Assembly: GCA_934591725.1 (NCBI GenBank)
Contig: CAKTPR010000001.1
Coordinates: 1-55,152 of the forward strand
Length of the DNA: 55,152 nt
DNA from: an uncultured Oscillospiraceae bacterium
Lineage (GTDB): Bacteria; Bacillota; Clostridia; Oscillospirales; Oscillospiraceae
Direction of reading: 5' to 3'
Shown here: piece after piece, positions 1 to 8,267 of the stretch
Position numbering within the stretch: position 1 is the stretch's first letter
Layout of the letters: every line of letters begins with the position of its first letter
The notes under the pieces: generated by a model
Database searches by the model: none
The model's input: only the letters and a program-made list of their open reading frames with translations
Told to the model about the DNA's origin: nothing
Translations under genes and position numbers: made by a program

Positions 1-81
1 TTCCGCGTCGGCGACTGCGTCGCTATAGGCAACCTGCGTACCGTTATCTGGCGCGCTTGGGACGTCTGTATGAAGATATAA
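1..81 (+). CDS. 3' end of an unidentified CDS (partial, enters from upstream of the window)
   Basis: Frame 1 is open from base 1 to TAA at 79-81. Third codon positions are GC-rich, as in the rest of the window. A strong terminator follows at 101-136. Only 26 codons are present, so no product can be assigned. Confidence 0.3.
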   Translation, partial: FRVGDCVAIGNLRTVIWRAWDVCMKI

Positions 82-100
82 CCGAAAAGCAATTTTACAA

Positions 101-136
101 ACAAGGGATGACCGCGCGTCATCCCTTGTTTGTTTA
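101..136 (+). terminator. Rho-independent terminator
   Basis: Perfect 12-bp stem ACAAGGGATGAC / GTCATCCCTTGT (101-112 / 118-129) with a 5-nt loop, followed by TTGTTT. Confidence 0.75.
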
Positions 137-216
137 ATAAAATTGTCATAGCAGACAAATCGTCGAAAACGAGGGGAATGAAATTTCGTCAGCCTGCAAA
201 AAGTGAAAAAAGCCTC

Positions 217-245
217 TTGACATATCAAAACCGCGCGGCTATAAT
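217..245 (+). promoter_or_regulatory. Sigma-A type promoter of the T-box/ABC operon
   Basis: TTGACA (217-222), a 17-nt spacer, then TATAAT (240-245). Confidence 0.65.
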
Positions 246-254
246 GACGCCATC

Positions 255-550
255 AACAGAACAGTTGGTGTAAACCTGTGACGGAGAGTAGTAACCCGGC
301 ATAACCATTGTGCAGAGAACCGTGGGTGGTGTGATCACGGTCGTATGGCGCGGGGCGAATGGACTTCGGAGGGCGGTTTGAAAGGGCTTTGCCTGAGTAG
401 ATGCCGACGGAAACCTGTACCGTTATCTTTCAGGGCGCGTATGATGGTACGCGTAAGCGAGAGGGCGTTTTCAAAGAACGTCAATTTGGGTGGTATCGCA
501 GGAGTGTGCAGCTCTTGTCCCATGTGTGTGGGACGGGGGTTGTTTTTTTA
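255..550 (+). promoter_or_regulatory. T-box riboswitch leader, predicted tryptophan (UGG) specifier
   Basis: Stem I elements: GAGAGTAGTA (about 284-293), AGAGA (314-318) and a distal loop GGTGGTGTGA closed by CCGTG/CACGG (320-340). The specifier context is GAA-TGG-ACTTCGGAG, with TGG at 360-362. The T-box sequence AATTTGGGTGGTATCGCAGG lies at 483-502. A terminator GTCCCA/TGGGAC (517-534) is followed by GGGGGTTGTTTTTTT. Confidence 0.8.
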
Positions 551-643
551 TATCCATGCTCCGAAACAAGGCCGTCGGCAGCGGCCCCTCCATCGCCGCC
601 CAGAATCAAATCAAGGCTAAAAAGCCAAATGGAGGAAACAACC

Positions 644-1723
644 ATGAAAAAGACAAACATCATCCGTAAAGCTATCGCCGGTGTTCTCGCCGCCGTAATG
701 TGCCTCGCCCTCGCCGCCTGCGGCAGCGAAGCCGCAGCCCCCGCAGCCGATACGGCAGCTGATTCTCAGGCAAAGACGACTTACACCATCGGTCTCTGCA
801 ACTATGTTGACGACGCATCCCTCAACCAGATCGTCGACAACATCCAGACCCGCCTTGCCGAGATAGGCGAAGAGAAGGGCGTGGAGTTCAACGTTCTCTA
901 CGATAACTGCAATGCCGACGCAAGCGTTATGGAGCAGATCATTTCCGATTACCTCGCCGATAAGGTCGACCTCATGATCGGCGTTGCCACTCCCGTCGCG
1001 ATGCGCATGCAGACCGCGACCGAGGACAGCAAGACTCCCGTTGTGTTCTCCGCCGTGTCCGACCCCGTCGGCGCGGGACTTGTTGAATCCCTCGAAGCCC
1101 CCGGCGCGAACATCACCGGCACTTCCGACTACCTCGATACCGACGCGATAATGAACCTCATCTTCGCCCTTGACCCCGACGCCGAGACCATCGGCCTGCT
1201 GTACGACCAGGGACAGGATTCCTCCGCAGCCCCCATCGCGAAGGCTAAGGAATACCTCGATAGCAAGGGCGTCAAGTACATCGAGCGCACCGGCACCACG
1301 ACCGACGAAGTCATGCTCGCCGCCGACGCTCTGGTCGCCGACAAGGTCGACGCTGTCTTCACCCCGACCGACAACACCATCATGACCGCCGAGCTTGCCA
1401 TCTATGAGACCTTCGCCAAGGCCGGCATCCCGCAGTACACCGGCGCTGACTCCTTCGCCCTCAACGGCGCGTTCCTCGGCTACGGCGTCGACTACGCGAA
1501 CCTCGGCGTTGAGACCGCGAACATGGTCGCCCAGATCCTCCTCGAGGGAGCTGACCCCGCATCCACCCCGGTCATGACCTTCGATAACGGTACCGCTACC
1601 ATAAACACCGATATCTGCGCTGAGCTCGGCTATGACTACGCAGACGTCGAAGCCGCGTTCACCTCCCTCTGCTCCCGCATCGTGACCCTTACCACCGCCG
1701 AGAGCTTTGACGATATCAAGTAA
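644..1723 (+). CDS. ABC transporter substrate-binding lipoprotein (COG2984 / ABC_sub_bind type, TrpX-like)
   Basis: ORF 401..1723 trimmed to ATG 644, which is preceded by GGAGGA at 631-636; the upstream part of the ORF is the T-box leader. The N-terminus MKKTNIIRKAIAGVLAAVMCLALAACGSE is a lipoprotein signal with a lipobox. The body (IGLCNYVDDASLNQ..., GVATPVA..., FTPTDNT) fits the family. Confidence 0.85.
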   Translation: MKKTNIIRKAIAGVLAAVMCLALAACGSEAAAPAADTAADSQAKTTYTIGLCNYVDDASLNQIVDNIQTRLAEIGEEKGVEFNVLYDNCNADASVMEQIISDYLADKVDLMIGVATPVAMRMQTATEDSKTPVVFSAVSDPVGAGLVESLEAPGANITGTSDYLDTDAIMNLIFALDPDAETIGLLYDQGQDSSAAPIAKAKEYLDSKGVKYIERTGTTTDEVMLAADALVADKVDAVFTPTDNTIMTAELAIYETFAKAGIPQYTGADSFALNGAFLGYGVDYANLGVETANMVAQILLEGADPASTPVMTFDNGTATINTDICAELGYDYADVEAAFTSLCSRIVTLTTAESFDDIK

Positions 1724-1809
1724 TAATACACCGCAGCATACCAAACGCGCAGACCCGGCGGCATGCCGGTTCTGCGCGTACCATAAATTGAGATAAAAAG
1801 AGGACGAGT

Positions 1810-2751
1810 ATGGACATTTCAACTATCCTGTCTCTCGGACAGACCGCGCTTGAGCTGGGGCTTATCTGCTCGCTGACGGTGCTGGCGCTGTTTTTGAGCT
1901 ATACGATGCTGAACGTGTGCGACCTGTCGACCGACGGCTGCTTCACTCTCGGCGCGGCAGTCGGCGCGGCTGTGGCACTCGCCGGACACCCGTGGCTCTC
2001 GCTCGGCGCGGCAATGGCTGCCGGTATCTGCTCCGGCTTTATCGTGGCGATCCTTCAGACGCGCATGGGCGTGAACAGTCTGCTTGCCGGCATCATCGTG
2101 AACACCGCGCTCTATTCCATAAACATCGCGGTCATGGGCGGCTCGTCGCTCCTGAACCTCAATAAGACGGATACGGTGTTCTCACTGCTCAAAACAGCCC
2201 TTGCGGGCACGCCCTTTGCCGGGGGCTATAAGCTCATCGTCTCAGGCGCGGCGGTGCTCCTCGCGCTCGTGTTCATAACAGTGTTCCTGCGCACCCGCCT
2301 CGGCCTCGCCATCCGCGCGACCGGCAATAACCCGGACATGGTGCGCTCCTCGTCCGTAAACCCCGCGTTCACGACGACGGTCGGCCTCTGCGCGGCGAAC
2401 GCCCTCACCGGCCTTTCCGGCTGCCTGATGGCGCAGTCCCAGAAAGCCGTCGACATTAACCTCGGCACCGGCATGGTCACGATAGCGCTGGCCTCGCTCC
2501 TCATCGGCGGCACGGTCATGGGGCGCGGCGGCGTGTTCAGGCGTGCTGTCGGCGTGGTTCTCGGCTCGGTGATCTTCCGCCTTGTCTATACCGTCGCGCT
2601 GCGTCTCAATATGCCGGCGTTCATGCTCAAGCTTGTCTCCTCGGTCATCGTCGTTCTGGCGATCTCCGTGCCGTACCTCAAGACGCGACTGCCGATGCTG
2701 CGCCGAAGAATGGCGCACGCCAAAGGGAAAGGGGGCGAGGGAGCATGCTGA
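1810..2751 (+). CDS. ABC transporter permease (COG4120 type)
   Basis: 313-aa polytopic hydrophobic protein in an operon between the binding protein and the ATPase. It overlaps the ATPase gene by 7 nt. Confidence 0.85.
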   Translation: MDISTILSLGQTALELGLICSLTVLALFLSYTMLNVCDLSTDGCFTLGAAVGAAVALAGHPWLSLGAAMAAGICSGFIVAILQTRMGVNSLLAGIIVNTALYSINIAVMGGSSLLNLNKTDTVFSLLKTALAGTPFAGGYKLIVSGAAVLLALVFITVFLRTRLGLAIRATGNNPDMVRSSSVNPAFTTTVGLCAANALTGLSGCLMAQSQKAVDINLGTGMVTIALASLLIGGTVMGRGGVFRRAVGVVLGSVIFRLVYTVALRLNMPAFMLKLVSSVIVVLAISVPYLKTRLPMLRRRMAHAKGKGGEGAC

Positions 2752-3530
2752 AGCTCAGCCATATTTCAAAGACCTTCAACCCCGGCACCGTGAACGAAAA
2801 GACCGCCATACCCGATCTCTCACTCGAGCTTGAACGCGGCGACTTTGTTACGATCATCGGCGCAAACGGCGCGGGCAAGTCCACGCTCTTTAACGCCATC
2901 TGCGGCAGCTTCCTCACGGACAGCGGCAGCATCATCCTCGACGGGGAGGACATCACCTTCCAGCCGGAGTATAAGCGTGCAAAGCGCATAGGCCGGCTCT
3001 TTCAGGATCCGATGCGCGGCACCGCTCCGGGCATGACGATTGAAGAAAACCTTGCCCTCGCCGCCGGACGCGGCGGGTGGTTCGCGCACATCACCAAGGC
3101 CGACCGCGACCTCTTCCGCGACAGGCTCGCCCAGCTCGACATGGGTCTTGAGGACAGACTGCGCCAGCCGGTAGGCCTGCTCTCAGGCGGCCAGCGTCAG
3201 GCGCTGACGCTCGTCATGGCGACGATCGTCCCGCCGAAGCTTCTCCTGCTCGATGAGCACACCGCCGCTCTCGACCCCGGCACGGCGGAGAAGGTGCTGG
3301 AGCTTACGCGCAGGGTAGTGAGCGAAGAGAAGCTCACCTGCATGATGATTACGCATAACATGCAGTCCGCGCTCGAACTCGGCAGCCGCACCCTCATGAT
3401 GGACTCCGGCAGGATAATCCTCGATGTCGGCGGCGCGGAGCGCAGCGGCCTTACGGTGAACGATCTCCTTGCGCGCTTCAGAGCGGGCGTCGGCAAGGCG
3501 CTCGACAATGATAGAATGCTTCTTTCGTAA
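2745..3530 (+). CDS. ABC transporter ATP-binding protein (COG1101 type)
   Basis: Walker A GANGAGKST, signature LSGGQRQ and Walker B LLLLDEHTAALD. Confidence 0.9.
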   Translation: MLKLSHISKTFNPGTVNEKTAIPDLSLELERGDFVTIIGANGAGKSTLFNAICGSFLTDSGSIILDGEDITFQPEYKRAKRIGRLFQDPMRGTAPGMTIEENLALAAGRGGWFAHITKADRDLFRDRLAQLDMGLEDRLRQPVGLLSGGQRQALTLVMATIVPPKLLLLDEHTAALDPGTAEKVLELTRRVVSEEKLTCMMITHNMQSALELGSRTLMMDSGRIILDVGGAERSGLTVNDLLARFRAGVGKALDNDRMLLS

Positions 3531-3590
3531 TATCCTACGGACATGTTTTTCACCCCCACTGCATATATATGCTATGGGGGTGAAAGCTAT

Positions 3591-3878
3591 ATGTCGTATG
3601 AACAGAGCAGGAGCGAGCTGCAGCGCAGCCATACGCTCAGTATGGAGAACCGGGATAAGCTGAGTCTTACCGGTGTTGAGGACGTCAGCGGCTTTGATGA
3701 GAGCCTCGTCGTACTCACGACGAGCATGGGCGAGCTCACCGTGCGCGGCGAGGGACTGCACATCGAGCGCATCGATCTGGATTCCGGCCAGCTTGAGGTG
3801 CGCGGCAAGGTGCAGGAGCTGAGCTACGATGAGCGCGCACCGAAGGGCACGCTGTGGTCGCGCCTGTTCGGCGGCTGA
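3591..3878 (+). CDS. yabP: Sporulation protein YabP
   Basis: ORF 3543..3878 trimmed to ATG 3591. The sequence HTLSMENRDKLSLTGVEDVSGFDE...LTVRGEGLHIERIDLDSGQLEVRGKV is the YabP family pattern. Synteny with yabQ-divIC-yabR supports the call. Confidence 0.8.
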   Translation: MSYEQSRSELQRSHTLSMENRDKLSLTGVEDVSGFDESLVVLTTSMGELTVRGEGLHIERIDLDSGQLEVRGKVQELSYDERAPKGTLWSRLFGG

Positions 3879-3879
3879 C

Positions 3880-4299
3880 GTGGGGCAGAGCATCGAAGGG
3901 CAGGCGCTGGAGCTGCTTGCCTTCCTGCTTGGCGGCGCGCTGCTTGGGCTCATGTATGATATGCTGCGCCCGATAAGGCGCGCGGCGGGCAGGGGCGGAG
4001 GAGCGCTGGACGTGCTCTTCTGCGCATTGGGCGGCGCGCTGTTCTTCGCGCTCGCCATGCGCACCGGGAGCGGCAGGATGGGCACATGGTCGCTGGCCGC
4101 GGCCGCTGTCGGATTCTGCATGTATATGCAGACGCTCAGCGCTCTCCTGCTGCCCGTGTTCGCCGCAATCGACGCCGCGGCGGTACGGGCGTGGCAGGGG
4201 TGTAAAAAAGTAATAAAAAAATTTTGTAAATATGCAAAAAGTATCTTTCAAAAATCGCGCGAATGTTTTATTATAAAGCATAAGCAGAAAGTGGATTGA
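3880..4299 (+). CDS. yabQ: Spore cortex biosynthesis protein YabQ (start uncertain)
   Basis: Hydrophobic protein directly after yabP: LELLAFLLGGALLGLMYDMLRPIRR..., FCALGGALFFALAM. A GTG at 3880 lies 1 nt after the yabP stop. The last ~100 nt of the ORF are AT-rich and encode a Lys-rich tail. Confidence 0.55.
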   Translation: MGQSIEGQALELLAFLLGGALLGLMYDMLRPIRRAAGRGGGALDVLFCALGGALFFALAMRTGSGRMGTWSLAAAAVGFCMYMQTLSALLLPVFAAIDAAAVRAWQGCKKVIKKFCKYAKSIFQKSRECFIIKHKQKVD

Positions 4300-4300
4300 C

Positions 4301-4582
4301 ATGAACACAAAAGACACGCTGATATGCATCGTCCTGATATCGCTGACGCTGTACGCCTGCGCAAGCGTGGCGGCAGTCGGCGGGGAGCTTCGCGCGGCGG
4401 CAGCCGTGCAGCAGGAGTTGCGCGCCGAGCTTGAGGAGCAGACGGCGGACAATGCCGCGCTGCGTGAAAAGCTCGAAGCGGGACTGAGCGATGAAGAGCT
4501 TGAGCGTCTCGCGCGTGAGCGGCTGGGTCTTGTCAAGCCGGGAGATAAAATATTTTATTTTACAACAGACAGAGAGGGGTAA
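4301..4582 (+). CDS. divIC: Septum formation initiator (FtsB/DivIC family)
   Basis: An N-terminal TM helix is followed by a coiled coil (ELRAELEEQTADNAALREKLE) and the C-terminal ERLARERLGLVKPGDKIF motif. The gene occupies the conserved position between yabQ and yabR. Confidence 0.75.
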   Translation: MNTKDTLICIVLISLTLYACASVAAVGGELRAAAAVQQELRAELEEQTADNAALREKLEAGLSDEELERLARERLGLVKPGDKIFYFTTDREG

Positions 4583-4584
4583 AC

Positions 4585-5025
4585 ATGGAGCTGACGGTCG
4601 GTGAAGTGCTGGAAGGGAAAGTCACGGGTATCGCCAAGTTCGGCGCGTTTGTTGCGCTGGAGGGCGGCAGGAGCGGCCTTGTACATATTTCGGAGGTTGC
4701 CAACAGCTATGTCAGTGACGTCAACGAATATTTGAAGGTCGGCCAGACCGTGAAGGTCAAGGTCATCGGGATAAGCGACGAGGGTCGTATCAACCTCTCC
4801 ATAAAGCGCGCGCTCGAGCCGCCGAAGCAGGAGAGCGCCCCGCGCAGCCGCGAAGCGCAGCCGAAGCGCGAAAGACCTGCGCGCACACCTGTGCCGCCTG
4901 CGGCATCCACGAGCGGGAATATGGACTTTGAGGACAGACTCAAGAAGTTCATGCAGGAGTCTGACAGCAGGATCGCTGACAACCGTATGTATTCCGAGCA
5001 CCGCCAACGCACCCGCAGAAAGTGA
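4585..5025 (+). CDS. yabR: S1 RNA-binding domain protein (YabR-like)
   Basis: S1 domain: VGEVLEGKVTGIAKFGAFVALEGGRSGLVHISEVANSYVSDVNEYLKVGQTVKVKVIGI. The C-terminal tail is basic. Confidence 0.85.
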   Translation: MELTVGEVLEGKVTGIAKFGAFVALEGGRSGLVHISEVANSYVSDVNEYLKVGQTVKVKVIGISDEGRINLSIKRALEPPKQESAPRSREAQPKRERPARTPVPPAASTSGNMDFEDRLKKFMQESDSRIADNRMYSEHRQRTRRK

Positions 5026-5034
5026 ATAAGGTGT

Positions 5035-5068
5035 AAAAATAGCTGCACCGTTCGGTGCAGCTATTTTT
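5035..5068. terminator. Bidirectional terminator between convergent genes
   Basis: AAAAATAGCTGCACC (5035-5049), loop GTTC, then GGTGCAGCTATTTTT (5054-5068). An A-run and a T-run flank the stem. Confidence 0.8.
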
Positions 5069-6206
5069 ACATGTCTACCGCCTTGACACTCATCCTGTGC
5101 ATCTCACGCATAGTCTCGTATATAGTCTCCGCGGCGTTCAGCGGCACGGCCTTTGCTATGGCAGCGGACATCTCCGCGCGCCGCTCCGGCTCTGCCAGCA
5201 GCTCAAGGCAGCAGGCGGCCAACTCCTCCGGCGTACCGGCCGTGACGGCGGCTCCGGCCTTCGTGAAGAAGTCGAGGTTATATTCCTCCACCGCGGCTAT
5301 CGCGTCTATCAGCACCATGGGCAGCGCCTTTGCCGCCGCCTCGGTCACGCTTATCCCGCCTGGCTTCGTCAGATAGAGATCGGCGCTGTCGAGCAGCAGG
5401 GAAACATTCTTCTCAAAGCCGAGGATGTGTATGTTAGCCTGCCCCGCGTAGCGCGAAGCAAGATGCCGGTGCAGCTTCTCATTCGCCCCGCACACGACTG
5501 TCAGCTCCTGCTCATATGTCATCGTCTCGGCGAGCGTTTCCGTCAGCTCCCTGAGCGGCCCGCAGCCGATGCTCCCCGTCATTGCAACGAGGTGCTGGTG
5601 CTCAGGCTCAATGCCGAAGCTGCGCTTTGCCTCGGCCTTCGGTGCGCGCGTATAGAACTCCGGGCGTATCGGTATCCCGGACGGCACTATAAGCTCCGCC
5701 CGTATCCCGCCGGTGATGAACTCCCCGGCAAGGGAGGAAGCCGGGATGAAGCAGCGCCCAAGGCGGCTGTCGCCCACGCTTGGGCTGCATGTGTAGTCCG
5801 TCGCGACGAAGGCCGTACACAGCTCCGGGTCGTAAAGCTCCAGTATCTTCGTCACCATCAGTGCCGGGAAGAGATGCACGCATATGACCGTGTCGTATCC
5901 GCCGTCCCGGATGTATTCGTACAGCGGCAGCGCAGCCTTGGCGAATACCTCGTAAACCTTTGAACTCTCATGGAACATATCCGGGTGGTTCTCGGAGAAC
6001 CTGTAGCCCGACTGATAGAGCTTCGGCGTGTGCCGGTACATGAAGGTGTGTCCGCTCGTTATCAGCTTCTGCGCGCCCTCGGAGAGAAAGTGCAGCGCCT
6101 CGCATATCTTGCACTCCTCGCCGCGGCTGAGAAATTCCTCCGCAATTGCCTTGGCGCAGGAGTTGTGCCCCTCGCCGGTGTCGCAGCTCAGTATAAGCGT
6201 TTTCAT
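5067..6206 (-). CDS. Glycosyltransferase, MGDG-synthase / UgtP-like (diacylglycerol glycosyltransferase family)
   Basis: The N-terminus MKTLILSCDTGEGHNSCAKAIAEEF is typical of the MGDG_synth N-domain. The C-terminal GT-B half reads LTKPGGISVTEAAAKALPMVLID. The ATG overlaps the stop of the upstream gene (ATGA). Confidence 0.8.
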   Translation of the reverse strand: MKTLILSCDTGEGHNSCAKAIAEEFLSRGEECKICEALHFLSEGAQKLITSGHTFMYRHTPKLYQSGYRFSENHPDMFHESSKVYEVFAKAALPLYEYIRDGGYDTVICVHLFPALMVTKILELYDPELCTAFVATDYTCSPSVGDSRLGRCFIPASSLAGEFITGGIRAELIVPSGIPIRPEFYTRAPKAEAKRSFGIEPEHQHLVAMTGSIGCGPLRELTETLAETMTYEQELTVVCGANEKLHRHLASRYAGQANIHILGFEKNVSLLLDSADLYLTKPGGISVTEAAAKALPMVLIDAIAAVEEYNLDFFTKAGAAVTAGTPEELAACCLELLAEPERRAEMSAAIAKAVPLNAAETIYETMREMHRMSVKAVDM

Positions 6207-6676
6207 TTCTGACGCAGCCCCTCCTGCTTCTTCATTCCGTCTTCAAGGCGCAGCAGCCTTGGGCGGTTATAGCGCTGTATGATGATGTACGGGAGGTTTC
6301 CCGCAAGGAAGTATACTATTGAAATTATCCATCCCCACGCCCCGCCGACGATGAACACCGCGCCGAAGCCGAGGATGCTCAGCAGCACATGTATGAACTC
6401 TGCCACGCAGGTCTCTTGGAGCATCCGCGGCAGACGGCTGCCGTAGTCGGCGGTCATTTTCTTCGGCGGCATGAGCTTCGGCAGTATGCGGCTCATGTCC
6501 GGGAGTCTGTTCTGCCACTGCTTGACGCGCAGCTTTTTGTAAAGCCCGGCCTCGAAGTCCAGCGGCTTATACGGAAAGGCGCGGCTGTCGAACCAGCTCT
6601 TCGGCAGTATTCGCCCGAGCAGGAACGAGAACACACCCAGAATAATATAGTAGATCACGCAGTACAGAAACTTCAT
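6203..6676 (-). CDS. Membrane acyltransferase of the glycosyl-4,4'-diaponeurosporenoate acyltransferase (CrtO-like) family
   Basis: ORF trimmed to ATG 6676, with GGGGA 6 nt upstream. The motifs QETCVAEFIHVL and PYIIIQRYNRPRLLRL closely resemble what I recall of S. aureus CrtO (ETKRAELIHW, IIVQRYNRPRL). The protein has several TM helices. Confidence 0.7.
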   Translation of the reverse strand: MKFLYCVIYYIILGVFSFLLGRILPKSWFDSRAFPYKPLDFEAGLYKKLRVKQWQNRLPDMSRILPKLMPPKKMTADYGSRLPRMLQETCVAEFIHVLLSILGFGAVFIVGGAWGWIISIVYFLAGNLPYIIIQRYNRPRLLRLEDGMKKQEGLRQK

Positions 6677-6840
6677 CTTTATCCCCACATCGATCAACGG
6701 CATGACATATTTTTCCCAATATAAAAACCTTAACGTTTTCTTTGCAACTGAAGTTCAATTGAAGCTCAAGGATTGTTGACCTTTCCCGCCTGTTAATTTT
6801 GCGAATATCCGTGATATTAAGTATTCTTTATAAATCATGG

Positions 6841-6869
6841 TAGATTTTTACGACACAGTTTGCTATAAT
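6841..6869 (+). promoter_or_regulatory. Candidate extended -10 promoter of the SPFH operon
   Basis: TGCTATAAT at 6861-6869. The -35 region is weak (TAGATT, 6841-6846). Confidence 0.4.
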
Positions 6870-6930
6870 GTTAAAAGAATGTCCACGGCAGTAAAAACCT
6901 GTCCGATAAAATTGAAAGGGGATTTTTCAC

Positions 6931-8256
6931 ATGGGTCTTATTCGTGCAGCACTTGGAGCAGCCGGCAGCGTTGCCGGTGATCAGTGGAAAGAATACTTTT
7001 ACTGCGAGGCGCTTGATAATGACGTTCTCGTCGTAAAGGGCAGCAAGAGAGTTTCCGGCCGTTCCTCCAACCGCGGCGGTACGGACAATATCATCTCCAA
7101 CGGCTCCGTCGTCGCCGTTGCCGATGGCCAGTGCATGATAATCGTCGATCAGGGCAAGATCGCCGAGCTCTGCGCAGAGCCGGGCGAGTTCGTCTATGAC
7201 AGCTCCACCGAGCCCTCCATCTTCAGCGGCAGTCTCGGTACCAGCATCGAGGAAGTTTTCAAGAACATCGGCAAGCGCTTTACCTTCGGCGGCGAAGCCC
7301 CCAAGGATCAGCGCGTGTATTACTTCAACACCAAGGAGCTTGTCGGCAATAAGTACGGCACTCCCTCTCCCGTGCCCTTCCGCGTTGTGGATCAGCGCGC
7401 CGGTATCGATATCGATATCGCCATCCGCTGCTTCGGCGAGTACAGCTACCGTATCTGCAACCCGATCCTGTTCTATACCAACGTCTGCGGCAACGTCAGC
7501 TCCGAGTACACCCGCGATAATATCGACGGCCAGCTCAAGACCGAGCTTCTCACCGCTCTCCAGCCCGCGTTTGCCAAGATATCCGACATGGGTATCCGTT
7601 ACAGCTCTCTGCCTGGCCATACCATGGAGATCGCTCAGGCGCTCAATGAGGTCCTCAGCCCGAAGTGGAGCGACCTGCGCGGCATCGAGGTCGTGTCCTT
7701 CGGCGTGTCCAGCGTCAAGGCCAGCGAGGAGGACGAGGCCATGCTCAAGGAGATGCAGCGCACTGCGGCTTACCGCGACCCCGGCCTTGCTGCGGCGAAC
7801 CTCTCCGCGGCTCAGGCTCAGGCGATGCGCGACGCGGCCAAGAACTCCGGCGGCGCGGCAGTCGGCTTCATGGGCATGAACATGGCTTCCCAGATGGGCG
7901 GCATGAACGCTCAGAACCTCTATCAGATGGCCGGTCAGTACCAGCAGCCCGCCCAGCAGCAGGCAGCACCCGTGGCGAGCGCGGCAGGTACATGGAAGTG
8001 CCCTAAGTGCGGCGCCTCCGCAAGCGGCAAGTTCTGCCCCGAATGCGGTACCAAGAAGCCTGAGGACGGCAAGTGGACTTGTGCCTGCGGCGCTGTCAAC
8101 ACCGGCAAGTTCTGCTCCGAGTGCGGCGCAAAGAAGCCGGGGACTATAAAGTATAAGTGCGACAAGTGCGGCTGGGAGCCGAAGGATCCCACCAAGCCCC
8201 CGAAGTTCTGCCCTGAGTGCGGCGATCCGTTCGATACTGACGATGTCGTCGGTTGA
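6931..8256 (+). CDS. SPFH/Band-7 family protein (COG4260, YdjI-like) with a triple C-terminal zinc ribbon
   Basis: The N-terminus MGLIRAALGAAGSVAGDQWKEYF and the body fit the YdjI/Band_7_1 family. A Q/A/M-rich linker follows. It leads into three Cys4 units: WKCPKCG..FCPECG, WTCACG..FCSECG and YKCDKCG..FCPECG. Confidence 0.8.
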   Translation: MGLIRAALGAAGSVAGDQWKEYFYCEALDNDVLVVKGSKRVSGRSSNRGGTDNIISNGSVVAVADGQCMIIVDQGKIAELCAEPGEFVYDSSTEPSIFSGSLGTSIEEVFKNIGKRFTFGGEAPKDQRVYYFNTKELVGNKYGTPSPVPFRVVDQRAGIDIDIAIRCFGEYSYRICNPILFYTNVCGNVSSEYTRDNIDGQLKTELLTALQPAFAKISDMGIRYSSLPGHTMEIAQALNEVLSPKWSDLRGIEVVSFGVSSVKASEEDEAMLKEMQRTAAYRDPGLAAANLSAAQAQAMRDAAKNSGGAAVGFMGMNMASQMGGMNAQNLYQMAGQYQQPAQQQAAPVASAAGTWKCPKCGASASGKFCPECGTKKPEDGKWTCACGAVNTGKFCSECGAKKPGTIKYKCDKCGWEPKDPTKPPKFCPECGDPFDTDDVVG

Positions 8257-8267
8257 GGTAAAGGCCT

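Noticed and set aside
401-643. N-terminal 81-aa extension of the binding-protein ORF (tracked start 401). The same situation applies to the pheS ORF (35500..35631).
   Set aside because: These stretches are the T-box leaders, with terminator and T-box sequence inside them. Proper ATG starts with Shine-Dalgarno sequences lie at 644 and 35499.
3549-3582. Hairpin TCACCCCCA...TGGGGGTGA between the ABC ATPase gene and yabP, considered as a terminator.
   Set aside because: No U-tract follows the stem, and its 3' arm supplies the yabP ribosome-binding region. This is insufficient to call a terminator.
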